Below are positions 9,562-19,900 of a DNA stretch of 57,610 bases, one piece after another. Position numbers and translations under genes: made by a program. Position 1 is the stretch's first letter. Every line of letters begins with the position of its first letter. The notes under the pieces are model-generated. The model was not told where the DNA came from and did not search any database. It saw only the letters and a list, made by a program, of their open reading frames with translations. Origin of the DNA: a virus (Duplodnaviria > Caudoviricetes); IMG/VR virus record IMGVR_UViG_3300036832_001282, positions 1 to 57,610 of that record. One strand, 5' to 3'.

Positions 9562-11667
9562 TCATGTGGTTAGTATTTGTGGGTTGACCCAGCACGTGGT
9601 CGACGGCTTGCCCAGCCGAACAAGCCCGCGCACGCGACCGGTGCGTTGCGGCGTGAATGGGACTTGCAGGAGTTGCTTAGAGCCGGGCACACCGGGCCAG
9701 CCTGCGGTGAAGCCAGATGGTACAACTCCAGCAAAAGCTGACGCACCAAAGTTAGCAGTAGCAGCCTGTCCAGTGGCCGAAGTAACCATAAAAAACGGGA
9801 AAAACACTCCAGGCAGAGAACTAAAATCAACTCCTCCAACTCCAGTCGACGGATTATTAGTCGATCCACTGGTAGCATTCCAACTTCCTAATGCTCCGTT
9901 TCTGAACCAAATAAGACGAGCAGAAAGATCAATGGCTACCCCAACTGCATTTGTCGTAATAGAACCTACACTAATTACGGGAACGGCAGTTCCGTTTACT
10001 ACTATCTGTCCCGCACCGTTAACCAAGACCGCATTAGCGCTGTTTCCAGCTACCGCACTCAAAAGAGCAAACCCAACAAGACAGTTCGAAAAAGTTGCTA
10101 CTGTATATTCAATATAGTACTTATTGGAGCCAAGCCCGATAACGCCACGAGCAGATGAGTTATTTCCCCCAGCAGTCGCAATAAGGTTACCTCCGCTAAG
10201 TGTCATTGGAGTTGTATTAGTAGGAAGATCACCAGGGTTCCATGTAGTAGTAGCTGGTCCAGCCCAGGTATTACTGGAGCTAGTTAAAACGGCAGGAGTT
10301 GTCAACACGTTCGTCGGCAGACTGGACACAAAACTTGCCACCGGATTGCCCGCTGTGCCCATGTATTCCAACAGCAGCGAGATATCATCGTTGTTAAGTG
10401 AGAGTGACGAGACAATCTCCACCGTGGCCGTCTTCGCTACGCCAATCGCCGTGTTCTCGACATCGAACGCAAAGCAGTCGAGCGTAAGGACGGATTTGTC
10501 AGATCGCGCACTCGACACCAGCTTGAGACTGTAAGCGCCGATATCATCCTGTGCACCGCCGGTCAGAGTGGTGCTACGATCGGTGGTGATGTCTCCGGCC
10601 GAGGTGTGACGCTCGTTTAAAACGTTGGTGCCATCGTAACAGTTGACCAGTTCAACAATATCTCCGGTATTATTACCAGTTCCAGGTGTTGCGTACCGTA
10701 CGGCTGCACCTGCGATGCGACAACTATCAAACAACGCTCGGCCTGTAGTGTTGCCGTAGGCGGCCACCAGCGTTCCGGTAATGGCGCTAAGATCAACACC
10801 GCGACAGGTAGTAAGCATACCGTAACCGGTACTATTAAGCGCCATGAACAAAGTTGACGGCAGGATCGCTCCAATAACAGCCGATGGCGTATTGATCCAC
10901 TCCAGTTCCCATGTTCCGAGAGAGGTATTAAATCCCTGAGACGCATTGCCGAATTGAACCGGCGTATTGTCCAAAATCAACTTAGTCGTCGCTGCGCCCT
11001 GCTGTATTCTTGATGAAGTGGAAGTATTTGTTATTTTAATAGAACAGTCCTTGAGATAAAGTGTTTTCGTGAAGCTAGAGTTGCCATTGCACTGAAAGCT
11101 GCCGCCTGTGCCAGCAACAGTAAAAATAAAGCCTTGCCAGAACATATTGCATAAGGGGTCCAATGCAATGGAGACTGCACCACTAGTAGTGATAGAAGCT
11201 CCTGGCAGCACATCCCCGGCGACCGGCGGCACAGACCCGCCGCGATTGACCGAAACAATCTGAATAAGCCCGAACCCTGCGGTGCCAAACCCATACCCGC
11301 CGCCTGGATAAGTAAGACTTTGGGTTTCGCTATGATCGCTGGAAACAAATACCCGATCACCAACAGCCGGGCGGTTACTTTGGTTTACGCCGATGCATAA
11401 CAGCGTTCCCGCCGCCGCGCTCCAGCCATAGGTTGACTGGCCGCTGACATTGGTGAAGACCGCGCCACCTGTCACCGTTGCGTTATTGGCAACAGGCCAG
11501 GTCGGCTCGGTCGTACCAGAGGTTCCAGCCGTGGTGACACGAAACACATATTCCTTGCCTGCCGCCGGAACCGTCGGCTTGATCAGATCACCGATGCTGT
11601 AGGCATGGCTCGCCTGCCAGACCGGAACGCTGGCATAGGTGGCGGATGAGACGTACCAGTCTGCCAT
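9562..11667 (-). CDS. Large virion protein/putative receptor-binding protein
   Basis: 701 aa rich in T/G/S/N; N-terminal WQASHAYSIGDLI module; SPRY/lectin-like C-terminal segment (KYYIEYT...VGVAIDLSARLIWFRNG...ANFGASAF). Confidence 0.55.
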   Translation of the reverse strand: MADWYVSSATYASVPVWQASHAYSIGDLIKPTVPAAGKEYVFRVTTAGTSGTTEPTWPVANNATVTGGAVFTNVSGQSTYGWSAAAGTLLCIGVNQSNRPAVGDRVFVSSDHSETQSLTYPGGGYGFGTAGFGLIQIVSVNRGGSVPPVAGDVLPGASITTSGAVSIALDPLCNMFWQGFIFTVAGTGGSFQCNGNSSFTKTLYLKDCSIKITNTSTSSRIQQGAATTKLILDNTPVQFGNASQGFNTSLGTWELEWINTPSAVIGAILPSTLFMALNSTGYGMLTTCRGVDLSAITGTLVAAYGNTTGRALFDSCRIAGAAVRYATPGTGNNTGDIVELVNCYDGTNVLNERHTSAGDITTDRSTTLTGGAQDDIGAYSLKLVSSARSDKSVLTLDCFAFDVENTAIGVAKTATVEIVSSLSLNNDDISLLLEYMGTAGNPVASFVSSLPTNVLTTPAVLTSSSNTWAGPATTTWNPGDLPTNTTPMTLSGGNLIATAGGNNSSARGVIGLGSNKYYIEYTVATFSNCLVGFALLSAVAGNSANAVLVNGAGQIVVNGTAVPVISVGSITTNAVGVAIDLSARLIWFRNGALGSWNATSGSTNNPSTGVGGVDFSSLPGVFFPFFMVTSATGQAATANFGASAFAGVVPSGFTAGWPGVPGSKQLLQVPFTPQRTGRVRGLVRLGKPSTTCWVNPQILTT

Positions 11668-11673
11668 CGGGCT

Positions 11674-12054
11674 TTACTGATTTGGCGTGCGGATGGTGAA
11701 AGCACCAAGTGTGAAGCCGCCACCGGACGTGACCGATTGCGCCGCCGACAGCGAACCATTCGCCAGCAATCGGGCATTGACGGTGTCGACGACGGCCCAC
11801 TTCAACGCCGTGCCAGTGGCGGTCACCGCGCCATTGCTGATCGGATTTGATGTGATCTGGCGACCGTTCGGCGTGCCAGCAACCGGCCCATTGAAGACAT
11901 TGCCGCTGCCGAAATAATTGCTACCGAGTGCGTATGTCCCAGTCGCATCGGTATACGATGATGGGTCTTGCGAACAGATATAGATGCGATCCGCGTAAGT
12001 TTTGATCGCGACCAGCCCGTTATCGAGTGCATAGTCGCTTAACAGATTGGCCAT
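11674..12054 (-). CDS. Small virion protein
   Basis: 126 aa beta-rich ORF between baseplate J and fibre genes. Confidence 0.55.
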   Translation of the reverse strand: MANLLSDYALDNGLVAIKTYADRIYICSQDPSSYTDATGTYALGSNYFGSGNVFNGPVAGTPNGRQITSNPISNGAVTATGTALKWAVVDTVNARLLANGSLSAAQSVTSGGGFTLGAFTIRTPNQ

Positions 12055-12069
12055 CCGACGCTCCCCTCA

Positions 12070-13143
12070 TTAACCGTATAACAGATCGCCAAGCGTCGGC
12101 ATATAGCCGGGACTCGGCATCACCGTATCTTGCGAAGTCAAATCATAAGCCCGTACACCTGACGCATTCATAATCGCGGCATCGCTCCAAGCCCGATACC
12201 AAGTCTCTCCCGGTATCGACATCGAAAGAAATTGCTGTTCCAAACTCACTTCGATGGCGGCGCGTGTGCTGGCATCATCGCTATCTAGCCAGCTGATACG
12301 CAGATTGATCGGATACGGAATTGGTGACTCAACAAAAATGTCTTTAACCGTCACCGGCCGCACTTTGTCGAGATAAGCTGCAACCGTGTCAACGTCATCC
12401 GGCAGGGGGAAACCACCGTTGTCAGCACGTAGATCATCCATCATGAAGCGGACAGTACAGGTACCAACACCCATCTCCATCGGAAAACACCATGCACGTG
12501 TTACGCCAGGAACGCGCAAAGTCCAGTTCACATAATCATCGGCGTCACCGCCCATCGGCGGCTGCCGAATGCGTTGAAGTATACGTGCTCGCAACTCGTC
12601 ATCGGTTTCTTCATCCGTTCCACCGGTCAAAAAATCAACAACTACAGTCGTCGAAGCATCAACAATTGAATCCGATATGGAAAGCGTGGTACCCGGATCA
12701 AGATTTCCTGCGACACCCGGCACCATGGCCAGGATTGAACCAGACACTGCTGTATTACTGAGCGTAATATCAGCCATTGTCTGAAATTCCATTGTCGAGT
12801 AACTAAGAATCGTACCCTGCGGAACAACCACCCCAAAAGTGCCGTTGAACAATGCGCTTCCAATCGAAGGCGTCGCCATCTTGCGACCGGTCGTACCATC
12901 AGCATTCACCAACCAAATGTCACCATGACGATCGAGCCATTCAGTCTCGGCCGTATCTGGAAGCAATTGCAACGACAGCCAATCAACATATTGCAGCGTC
13001 AACTGACAAAGCGCACCCATGATGTCGCTAAGGACGCGCAGCACACTATTCGGCACCATAGCGTCCGCACCCGGCAAACTACCAGCAACCGCATCGCGGA
13101 CATTCTGTCGGATTTGTTTAAGAGTTGGCGTCGACCACGGCAT
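12070..13143 (-). CDS. Baseplate J-like protein (Mu gp47)
   Basis: QLLPDTAETEWLDRH, GGTDEETDDELRARIL, GGDADDYVNW...VPGVTRAW. Confidence 0.9.
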   Translation of the reverse strand: MPWSTPTLKQIRQNVRDAVAGSLPGADAMVPNSVLRVLSDIMGALCQLTLQYVDWLSLQLLPDTAETEWLDRHGDIWLVNADGTTGRKMATPSIGSALFNGTFGVVVPQGTILSYSTMEFQTMADITLSNTAVSGSILAMVPGVAGNLDPGTTLSISDSIVDASTTVVVDFLTGGTDEETDDELRARILQRIRQPPMGGDADDYVNWTLRVPGVTRAWCFPMEMGVGTCTVRFMMDDLRADNGGFPLPDDVDTVAAYLDKVRPVTVKDIFVESPIPYPINLRISWLDSDDASTRAAIEVSLEQQFLSMSIPGETWYRAWSDAAIMNASGVRAYDLTSQDTVMPSPGYMPTLGDLLYG

Positions 13144-13157
13144 AATCGGCTCATCAA

Positions 13158-13658
13158 CTACTGTTCTATGATGTCATTCCAGAGCACTTCGTAACGCAAA
13201 TCAACAGCGAGTTCGGGACCGCGATAAAGCCGCACCAGCGCATCGATGCGCTCGACCCCAACGCGCACCGCCTTAACATACATACGAGACGCCACCTTCA
13301 GATCAATAAACGGTTGAATGGCTTCACGAATGTATTGTTCAACCAACGTCACCGTTGCGCCTTCACGCGCTTCCGGCCCAAGAATTTTACTGCGGATAAG
13401 CAGCCAGAGCCGCGAACCGATCGGCCACCCGCTCCATATTTCCTGCGCATCGAGATCACCCCACCAACCCATACGATCAGTACTGTCAGGATCGGGCAGA
13501 ATATCAGTCGGATTGGCGAGACGATTGGTACCAAGCGCCACGATCACCGCAGTTGCCAGCGCCTGGGTATCGTCTAACGTACCGTCGCTTAACAGCAACC
13601 AATCAATGCTGAAACTGAGCGGAAAGTCATCGTACTGAACGAGACGAACATCACTCAT
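13158..13658 (-). CDS. Baseplate wedge protein (Mu gp46-like)
   Basis: LATAVIVALGTNRLA...GWWGD...IGSRLWLLIRSK signature. Confidence 0.9.
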   Translation of the reverse strand: MSDVRLVQYDDFPLSFSIDWLLLSDGTLDDTQALATAVIVALGTNRLANPTDILPDPDSTDRMGWWGDLDAQEIWSGWPIGSRLWLLIRSKILGPEAREGATVTLVEQYIREAIQPFIDLKVASRMYVKAVRVGVERIDALVRLYRGPELAVDLRYEVLWNDIIEQ

Positions 13659-14506
13659 TACGAACCAAGCCTCGTTTCAAGCACCTTTATGCGCTCTTTC
13701 AACTCGGCTATTTCCTGCATCATCGTTTGTATGATAGTGGGCGGGCCAGAACCTTCACGCCCAATAGCGCCCTTGCGCGCCAGCGTGTTGAAAGCCGGGC
13801 TTCCATCCGCCAATAACACTGGCAGAAACATCGCTTTGTCCGCCAGACCGCCCAAATAGACCTTCTTGCTGGGATGCACCTGAATGGCGGTATCCTTGTC
13901 GTCAAGTAACAACCGGTGCTCCTTGTTGACGTGCTCCGTCATGCTGCCATTGAGATCGATGTACTGACTAGAATCATTTTTATAAACCGACTTCTGGCCC
14001 TTGTCGGATTGCTGGCCTTGTTGGCTGCCAGCATCGCCACCACCCGCAGTATCAAGCTGTTGCGCACCACCTTGACCCTGCTGTTGCTGCTTCTGCACCA
14101 ATTGCAACCGCAACTTCTTGTCAGTCGGCCCGCTCCAAAACCCGCCATCCTTTGTCAGATGAAATTGCTGCGAATCATCCTTGGTACGAAACATCGCAAC
14201 ATCGCCAGGATCAAGCCCCTTCAATCGATGTCGGCGATCATCGATGATATGAGCAACCGGAAACGCTCGGCTACCACCAATGAAGCTAGAAAAATGCTCA
14301 GCTGAACCACCGTCATCTGGACCCATATTAACTGACGAAAAGCCGTAGTTTTGCGGCGCTTCTATCTTCTCACGCTGCTCGCCAGCCATGAAATTGGCTT
14401 TGACTTCCTGCATCTGCGTAGTGTCATTCACTTCACCAATGACACCGCGCGTGCCGCCAGCGGAATAAGCCCGATAAGCCACATTGAGCGGTGTTGCTCG
14501 ATGCAT
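13658..14506 (-). CDS. Baseplate spike/assembly protein (Mu gp45-like)
   Basis: QNYGFSS...GGSR...DDRRHRLKGLDPGDVAMF signature; lies between gp44- and gp46-like genes. Confidence 0.85.
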   Translation of the reverse strand: MHRATPLNVAYRAYSAGGTRGVIGEVNDTTQMQEVKANFMAGEQREKIEAPQNYGFSSVNMGPDDGGSAEHFSSFIGGSRAFPVAHIIDDRRHRLKGLDPGDVAMFRTKDDSQQFHLTKDGGFWSGPTDKKLRLQLVQKQQQQGQGGAQQLDTAGGGDAGSQQGQQSDKGQKSVYKNDSSQYIDLNGSMTEHVNKEHRLLLDDKDTAIQVHPSKKVYLGGLADKAMFLPVLLADGSPAFNTLARKGAIGREGSGPPTIIQTMMQEIAELKERIKVLETRLGS

Positions 14507-14520
14507 GACGTTTCCTTTAT

Positions 14521-15693
14521 CTAGTCCGCAGTAACATTAGGGCCATTAGCACCAGCAGGCTGCTCTCGCGCATTAGGATCAACCGGCCCCGTCGTCGCGG
14601 TCCATGGCCCAATGTCGGCGATTGTATCCCGCAACAACCACGGAATAACAAGATCGAGTTGAGTTTTTGTTCCGCCTTGACGATCCTGCATGAAAGTAAC
14701 GGTTTGAATTGACAGAACTTGATTAAGAATACACATCGGGCTGATAATCTTTACGTTCATGCCAGCGACCCAAAGCAGCGGCGGATTTGACTCCGGTACA
14801 AACCAACCCTGAACCATGACAGTCGCCTGAATCTTGGTGCCTTCTGACCAGATTTTCTCGGCATCGGCCGCCGTCTGCGTTGCTCCTTCATCCAACGGTA
14901 CTGGCGCAGTCGCCAGGATATTGCCGTAACCGGTACCGGACGCAGACTTCTCGATTTCACTCGCTTGTGTCCCGCTCGATTGATCACTTGCTGGCTTGTT
15001 CGCCAACATGACATATACACCAAACAGATTAGCGATAGAAATCACACACTGGCAACTTAGAATATTCACTCCTTCAATCAATGACCCAATAACCTTGTTG
15101 CTGTGCGGCCAGATAATCAACGCAGTACCAGCAAAATCACTCCCCATCACTGCCCCGCGTACGCGCGCGAGGCTTTCCAAAAAATCCCAAATCGTTTCAG
15201 CTGGCGTACTTGGCTGTGCCTGCGGAAATTTGTAGTGATCGTCCTGACCTATATTGTTAACCTTGACCCCGTATCGCCCCATCAAAGTGCTGGCGATTTC
15301 GTAAAGCGTCATATTGTCAAACGAATTATTAGGCTTCTTATCAACACTGCTTTTGAAACCAACCCACGTATAACTACGGCCGGACAATTGAACACCGTGA
15401 GAATTGGCATCATAAGCAACCTGCCGATCAGTGATGATGCCATTGGCAATCGCCTTAACCCCACCAAGCGTGATATTGACCCAAGCACCCGGTTTGAGTT
15501 GAAGCTTGGTCCATATATCAGGAATGGTTTCGCGCTCAGCTGTGGAAAAACGAAACAACGCCGAACTATCAGCCCATCGATGCTGTATCCACACTGTTTC
15601 CCAATCCGAGAACCTCATACCGTTAGGAGCAACCACGGTGATCTCGGCAATCTCCAGTGGATTGGGATATTGAGGTAAGCTAAAAACGGGCAT
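14521..15693 (-). CDS. Baseplate hub protein (Mu gp44/gpP-like)
   Basis: FSDWETVWI, GIITDRQVAYDANSHGVQLSGRS, ETIWDFLESLAR, LIEGVNIL. Confidence 0.85.
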   Translation of the reverse strand: MPVFSLPQYPNPLEIAEITVVAPNGMRFSDWETVWIQHRWADSSALFRFSTAERETIPDIWTKLQLKPGAWVNITLGGVKAIANGIITDRQVAYDANSHGVQLSGRSYTWVGFKSSVDKKPNNSFDNMTLYEIASTLMGRYGVKVNNIGQDDHYKFPQAQPSTPAETIWDFLESLARVRGAVMGSDFAGTALIIWPHSNKVIGSLIEGVNILSCQCVISIANLFGVYVMLANKPASDQSSGTQASEIEKSASGTGYGNILATAPVPLDEGATQTAADAEKIWSEGTKIQATVMVQGWFVPESNPPLLWVAGMNVKIISPMCILNQVLSIQTVTFMQDRQGGTKTQLDLVIPWLLRDTIADIGPWTATTGPVDPNAREQPAGANGPNVTAD

Positions 15694-15694
15694 G

Positions 15695-16369
15695 TTAGCG
15701 CGATAATGCCTGTCCAGTCATCGGCGCGAAGGCCGGATGAACGATGTCATTCTCGTCTCGAAGCTCGTCGGCGCGACCAGCATCAGCATAGAGCTTATAA
15801 GCATAAACCAGCGTCGGCTGCGGAGCCGCAAACCGATAGGTGAGCATTTTTGGTAACGGCCGCTCCGTGTTGGTCAGATGACTGATGATGGCAGCGTAGG
15901 TGCTGGTCAACATCATGTAGCCAACGCTATCCATCTGATCAGCGATGATTTCCTGCATCGGCGGAAACGCGGTCTGAACAATCTGCCGCGCGACTTCCAC
16001 CTCATTACGGCTGATAAAAGTCGTGTTGGCAATAATCAATGCCTGCGTCGCCAATGCAAATTGTATCAACGAATTCCATACCACGATCGCGCCGGGCAAT
16101 GTGGGAACTGGCGTGTAGTTCACCGCCGTCAAACGCACCTGATCCATCTGCGCAAGCGAAATGCCGTTTTGTTGAGATAACTGAAAAATTGATTGCAGCG
16201 GTAGCCCGGCCGCATCTGCCCTGATGAGACGTTCAGCGTTGACGCGAAAATAAGACGCCTGCATCCGCATCTGCGCCCCAAGATCACCGTTGGTCGGAGT
16301 CTGAGCCAATAGTTCTAGCAATACGGTATTTGCGATCGGTACCGCTTGCACAGCATCAGTTCTGAACAT
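15695..16369 (-). CDS. C-terminal part of Mu gpN-like DNA circularization/tail initiator protein
   Basis: C-terminal PTLVYAYKLYADAGRADELRDENDIVHPAF matches the gpN C-terminal pattern. Confidence 0.7.
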   Translation of the reverse strand: MFRTDAVQAVPIANTVLLELLAQTPTNGDLGAQMRMQASYFRVNAERLIRADAAGLPLQSIFQLSQQNGISLAQMDQVRLTAVNYTPVPTLPGAIVVWNSLIQFALATQALIIANTTFISRNEVEVARQIVQTAFPPMQEIIADQMDSVGYMMLTSTYAAIISHLTNTERPLPKMLTYRFAAPQPTLVYAYKLYADAGRADELRDENDIVHPAFAPMTGQALSR

Positions 16370-16371
16370 TC

Positions 16372-16995
16372 TCAGCGACCGATCGTAGTTGAACTCAACG
16401 GAACAGCCAAAGGAAGCTGGCCATCGCCGACATTACTGATAATCACTTTGTAGAGCCCATCAGCTTGCGCCTCCAACTGCACTTTCGTGTCTGTCACTGG
16501 CTGCGCTGGAGCAAGCCCAAATTCGACAAAGCTCATGTCGAACATGGCATAGCCGCCGAACTTCTGTTCCTCAACCATACGGTAACGCGTGCAGACAACA
16601 TTGATGGTCAGATTGTCAACTACCGCCGCCACACGCGCCATGTGAGGAAGCTGCAAAATGCCGTAACCGCCAATATCGAGCCGTTGCTGCAGCACGTCAC
16701 GCGCCAAACGATAATCCCGCATATAAAGCAGAGCGGAAACCGGCGACCCACTATCTACCGGTGCTGTCGGGATCGTGTCACGCATGAACGAAACGCAGTA
16801 ACCACGAACTGTAAATTCAACAGCGCGTCTACCCATATCTTCCGCGTAAGGCAAATCGCGCTTTGGAAATTCATGAATAACAGTTCGCCGTCCACTCTCA
16901 CGTGCGCCGCTCTCGACATGAAACGGACAGCCGTCAAACATCGCTGGCAACAGCGCGTCACGCCATGGCGTATGAATGTCTCGAATCGTGGCCAT
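16372..16995 (-). CDS. DNA circularization N-terminal domain protein (Mu gpN-like)
   Basis: WRDALLPAMFDGCPFHV...GRRTVIHEFPKRDLPYAEDMGR...FDMSFVE. Confidence 0.85.
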   Translation of the reverse strand: MATIRDIHTPWRDALLPAMFDGCPFHVESGARESGRRTVIHEFPKRDLPYAEDMGRRAVEFTVRGYCVSFMRDTIPTAPVDSGSPVSALLYMRDYRLARDVLQQRLDIGGYGILQLPHMARVAAVVDNLTINVVCTRYRMVEEQKFGGYAMFDMSFVEFGLAPAQPVTDTKVQLEAQADGLYKVIISNVGDGQLPLAVPLSSTTIGR

Positions 16996-16999
16996 AGAT

Positions 17000-19900
17000 T
17001 CAGCCTGCTAAACCACCACCAAATGCATTTCCTGCGGGTATCCGAGGGCCACGCTGCGTCGGCGTCGCCTGCGTCTGCCGGGTCATCTCGACCGTCTTGA
17101 ACAAACCGTCGCCAGAAGCAGCCACGCTGGTATGCGGCGGCGCATTGACATCGACACTCAACTTGCCAGTGCCACGAACATTGTGCGTCATGTTGAGCGC
17201 TGATCGATTGAAATTGTCGAGAGCGCCAAGCTGCTCACCAGCGCCAGCACCCTGATCGCCACCTCCCAACAAACCGCCAAGCAGACCACCCAGCCCACCG
17301 CCACCGCCACCACCTCCAAGTAAACTACCGATGATGCCACCAAAACCACCGCCACCGCCTCCAAGTAAACTACCAATGATGCCGCCAAGACCACCGCCAC
17401 CGCCACCAATCATGCTCATGATGTTGCCAAACCCACCCGGCATGCCGCCAAGACCGCCGCCAAGACCGCCGCCAAGACCACCGCCAAGACCGCCGCCACC
17501 GCCGCCGCCACCGCCACCGCCGCCGCCACCGCCACCGCCACCGCCACCGCCGCCAGTAGCAGCAGCGATATTGGGCATGGCCCCCGGATCACCGCTGCCT
17601 TCACCACGACGAACCGCAAGACTGGTACGATCTCGCCAACTCAAAGAAACACCACCCTTGCCGGATGCGGTACCGCCCTGATTGCCGCCCAGCATCTCAA
17701 CCTGCTCGCGGCCATTAACCGTACGCGTGCGGCCGGTGAGAAAGCCAACGTGATGTGGTAGCACGCCAACATCACCCGGCTTGATTGCACCTTTAACCCC
17801 GGTGCCCCATTTGTAGAAGCTCGCCGCCGCCAATGAACCAGTGCCCTTAACACCAGCCTCTTTCAGTTCGGCATTGACGAACGCAGCACACCATTTGGTT
17901 TGCGCCGGATCGATGTGGATACCCTGTTTAGCGAAGAACGACGACAGCTTGGAATTGTCGCGAATTTCATCTTCACCGAGATGCTGCTTGGCCAAAGCCA
18001 GCGCTTGCACGGTGCCGATCGCACGGCCGGTCCCCTCCAGGCCAGGACTACCGGGCGCTGGCTGACCTTCCGCAATCGTGCCACCACCACCACCAGCGCC
18101 AGGGCCAGCGCCAGGGCCAGCGCCAGGGCCAGCGCCAGGACCAGCGCCAGCGTCAGAAGACATCGCAGCTTGCTGTTTCTTAACCCAACCGACATCTGGG
18201 TTCTCTTGCACAAACCGCTCGCCGGTTTTCGGATCAAAAGAAACGCGTGCACCACCTGAATGTACACGACCAGACTCGTTGCCGGTCGCGAGACTGGAAA
18301 CGTTCGAGCCACCAAGTACCGGAGTGGTGTATTGCTTCGAAAACTGCGCCATCGATTCGGCGCTGAACTTTTGTCCTAATTTGTTTTTGGTCGAACTCGG
18401 ATAATACTTCGGATCACGCAATGTCGCTTCAAGCGTCTTCCCACGCGCCGCCGCACGGTTCATTACGCTTTCAATATAAGCCTGCTTTGCCTTCGGCCCT
18501 TGACCACCAACTTCTGCTTCGGCCGACGCCTGCAGCAACCGCGCGACTTCCGGATTCTGTAGCTCCTTGCCGAACCGAGATCGCACATTAGCCAAGCTGC
18601 CATGCTGCACAGCATCAGCAGGCGCGTTACCAGGGCCAGCGCCAGGGCCAGCGCCAGGGCCAGCGCCAGGGCCAGCGCCAGGGCCAGTGCCAGGACCAGT
18701 ATCAGCGCCAGGACCAGTGCCAGGGCCAGCGCCAGGACCAGTATCAGCGCCAGGACCAGTGCCAGGGCCAGTGCCAGGGCCAGTGCCAGGGCCAGTGCCA
18801 GGGCCACCCCAGCCGCCACCGCCAAAGCCTCCGAGACCGCCCATGCGAGCCGCCAGCGAGCCGCCGGGACCAAGCCTTAGAAAACCAGCACCGCCAACAC
18901 CACCAAGACCAATATCACTTTGCTGCAGAAAATCATTCAGCCGTTTAAGCTCAGCCGTGTTAGCCTCGATGTACTTCTGCCACTCGTCATTACCCCCGCC
19001 ACGCTGATCGACTTGCTGCGAAAGCGGCCAGTCAGACATATCACCAGAGCCGAAGAACTGCGGCCGAGTTGCACCGCCAACAGCTGGTGGCAAACCTTCT
19101 CCCAACTGCTCTTCGAGACTCTTTTTGCCGCCACCAGCCTTGCTCCTCAACCAAGAAAAAATACCAAATGGATCACCCCAGCCTTCACCAATTTCAAGTT
19201 CGTTGGCTGATTTTCCTTCTCTCGCTTGACGGCGCAAATCATGTTTCAATGGCGTGCCTGCTTCGGCCCAACTCGCCATCCCCATGAAATCACCAAATAA
19301 ACCAGCCTTGGCGGCCAATGGCAACGTCGGCGCAAGTTTCCCGTACGCCCATGACCCCCATTCACTTCCCTTCATAGCCCCCATTGCACCAACATCATTT
19401 CCAAGATTTTTGATGTTCTGCCACGGATTGAGCAGATCAAGTAACGATCTATTGGGCGCAGGATGCTCGCCAGGACTACGCCCTTTTATTTTGGCAGCAA
19501 GACCTTCCACGCTGTAAACATCAGGCGTAGTCGCAATGCCAAGTGTCGGCGCGAGCCAAGGAAGTAACTGTCCACCTATTTGGCCGATTTTGGATAACCA
19601 TCCACTACCAACGGAAGGAACCTTTGGTGCCTCCTTGGCTATATCACTCCATGGTCCTTTCGGCGGCGGCTCGCCACCGGTCCCGTACTTCTCGAACCAA
19701 GACTCAACATTGCTTTTCGGAATCTCAGGTGCCTTACCAGCCACCTTGGCTGCGGCCTCTGCTTCTGCGGCAGCACCAGCGCCAGCGTCACCAGCGGCAC
19801 CGGCGTCAGTAGCGGCGGCACGACGACCAAAAATCCGTTTTAATATTTTAACCCCGCCCCAGATACCCGCACCAGCCGCAAGTCCGATAGCAGGATCAAC

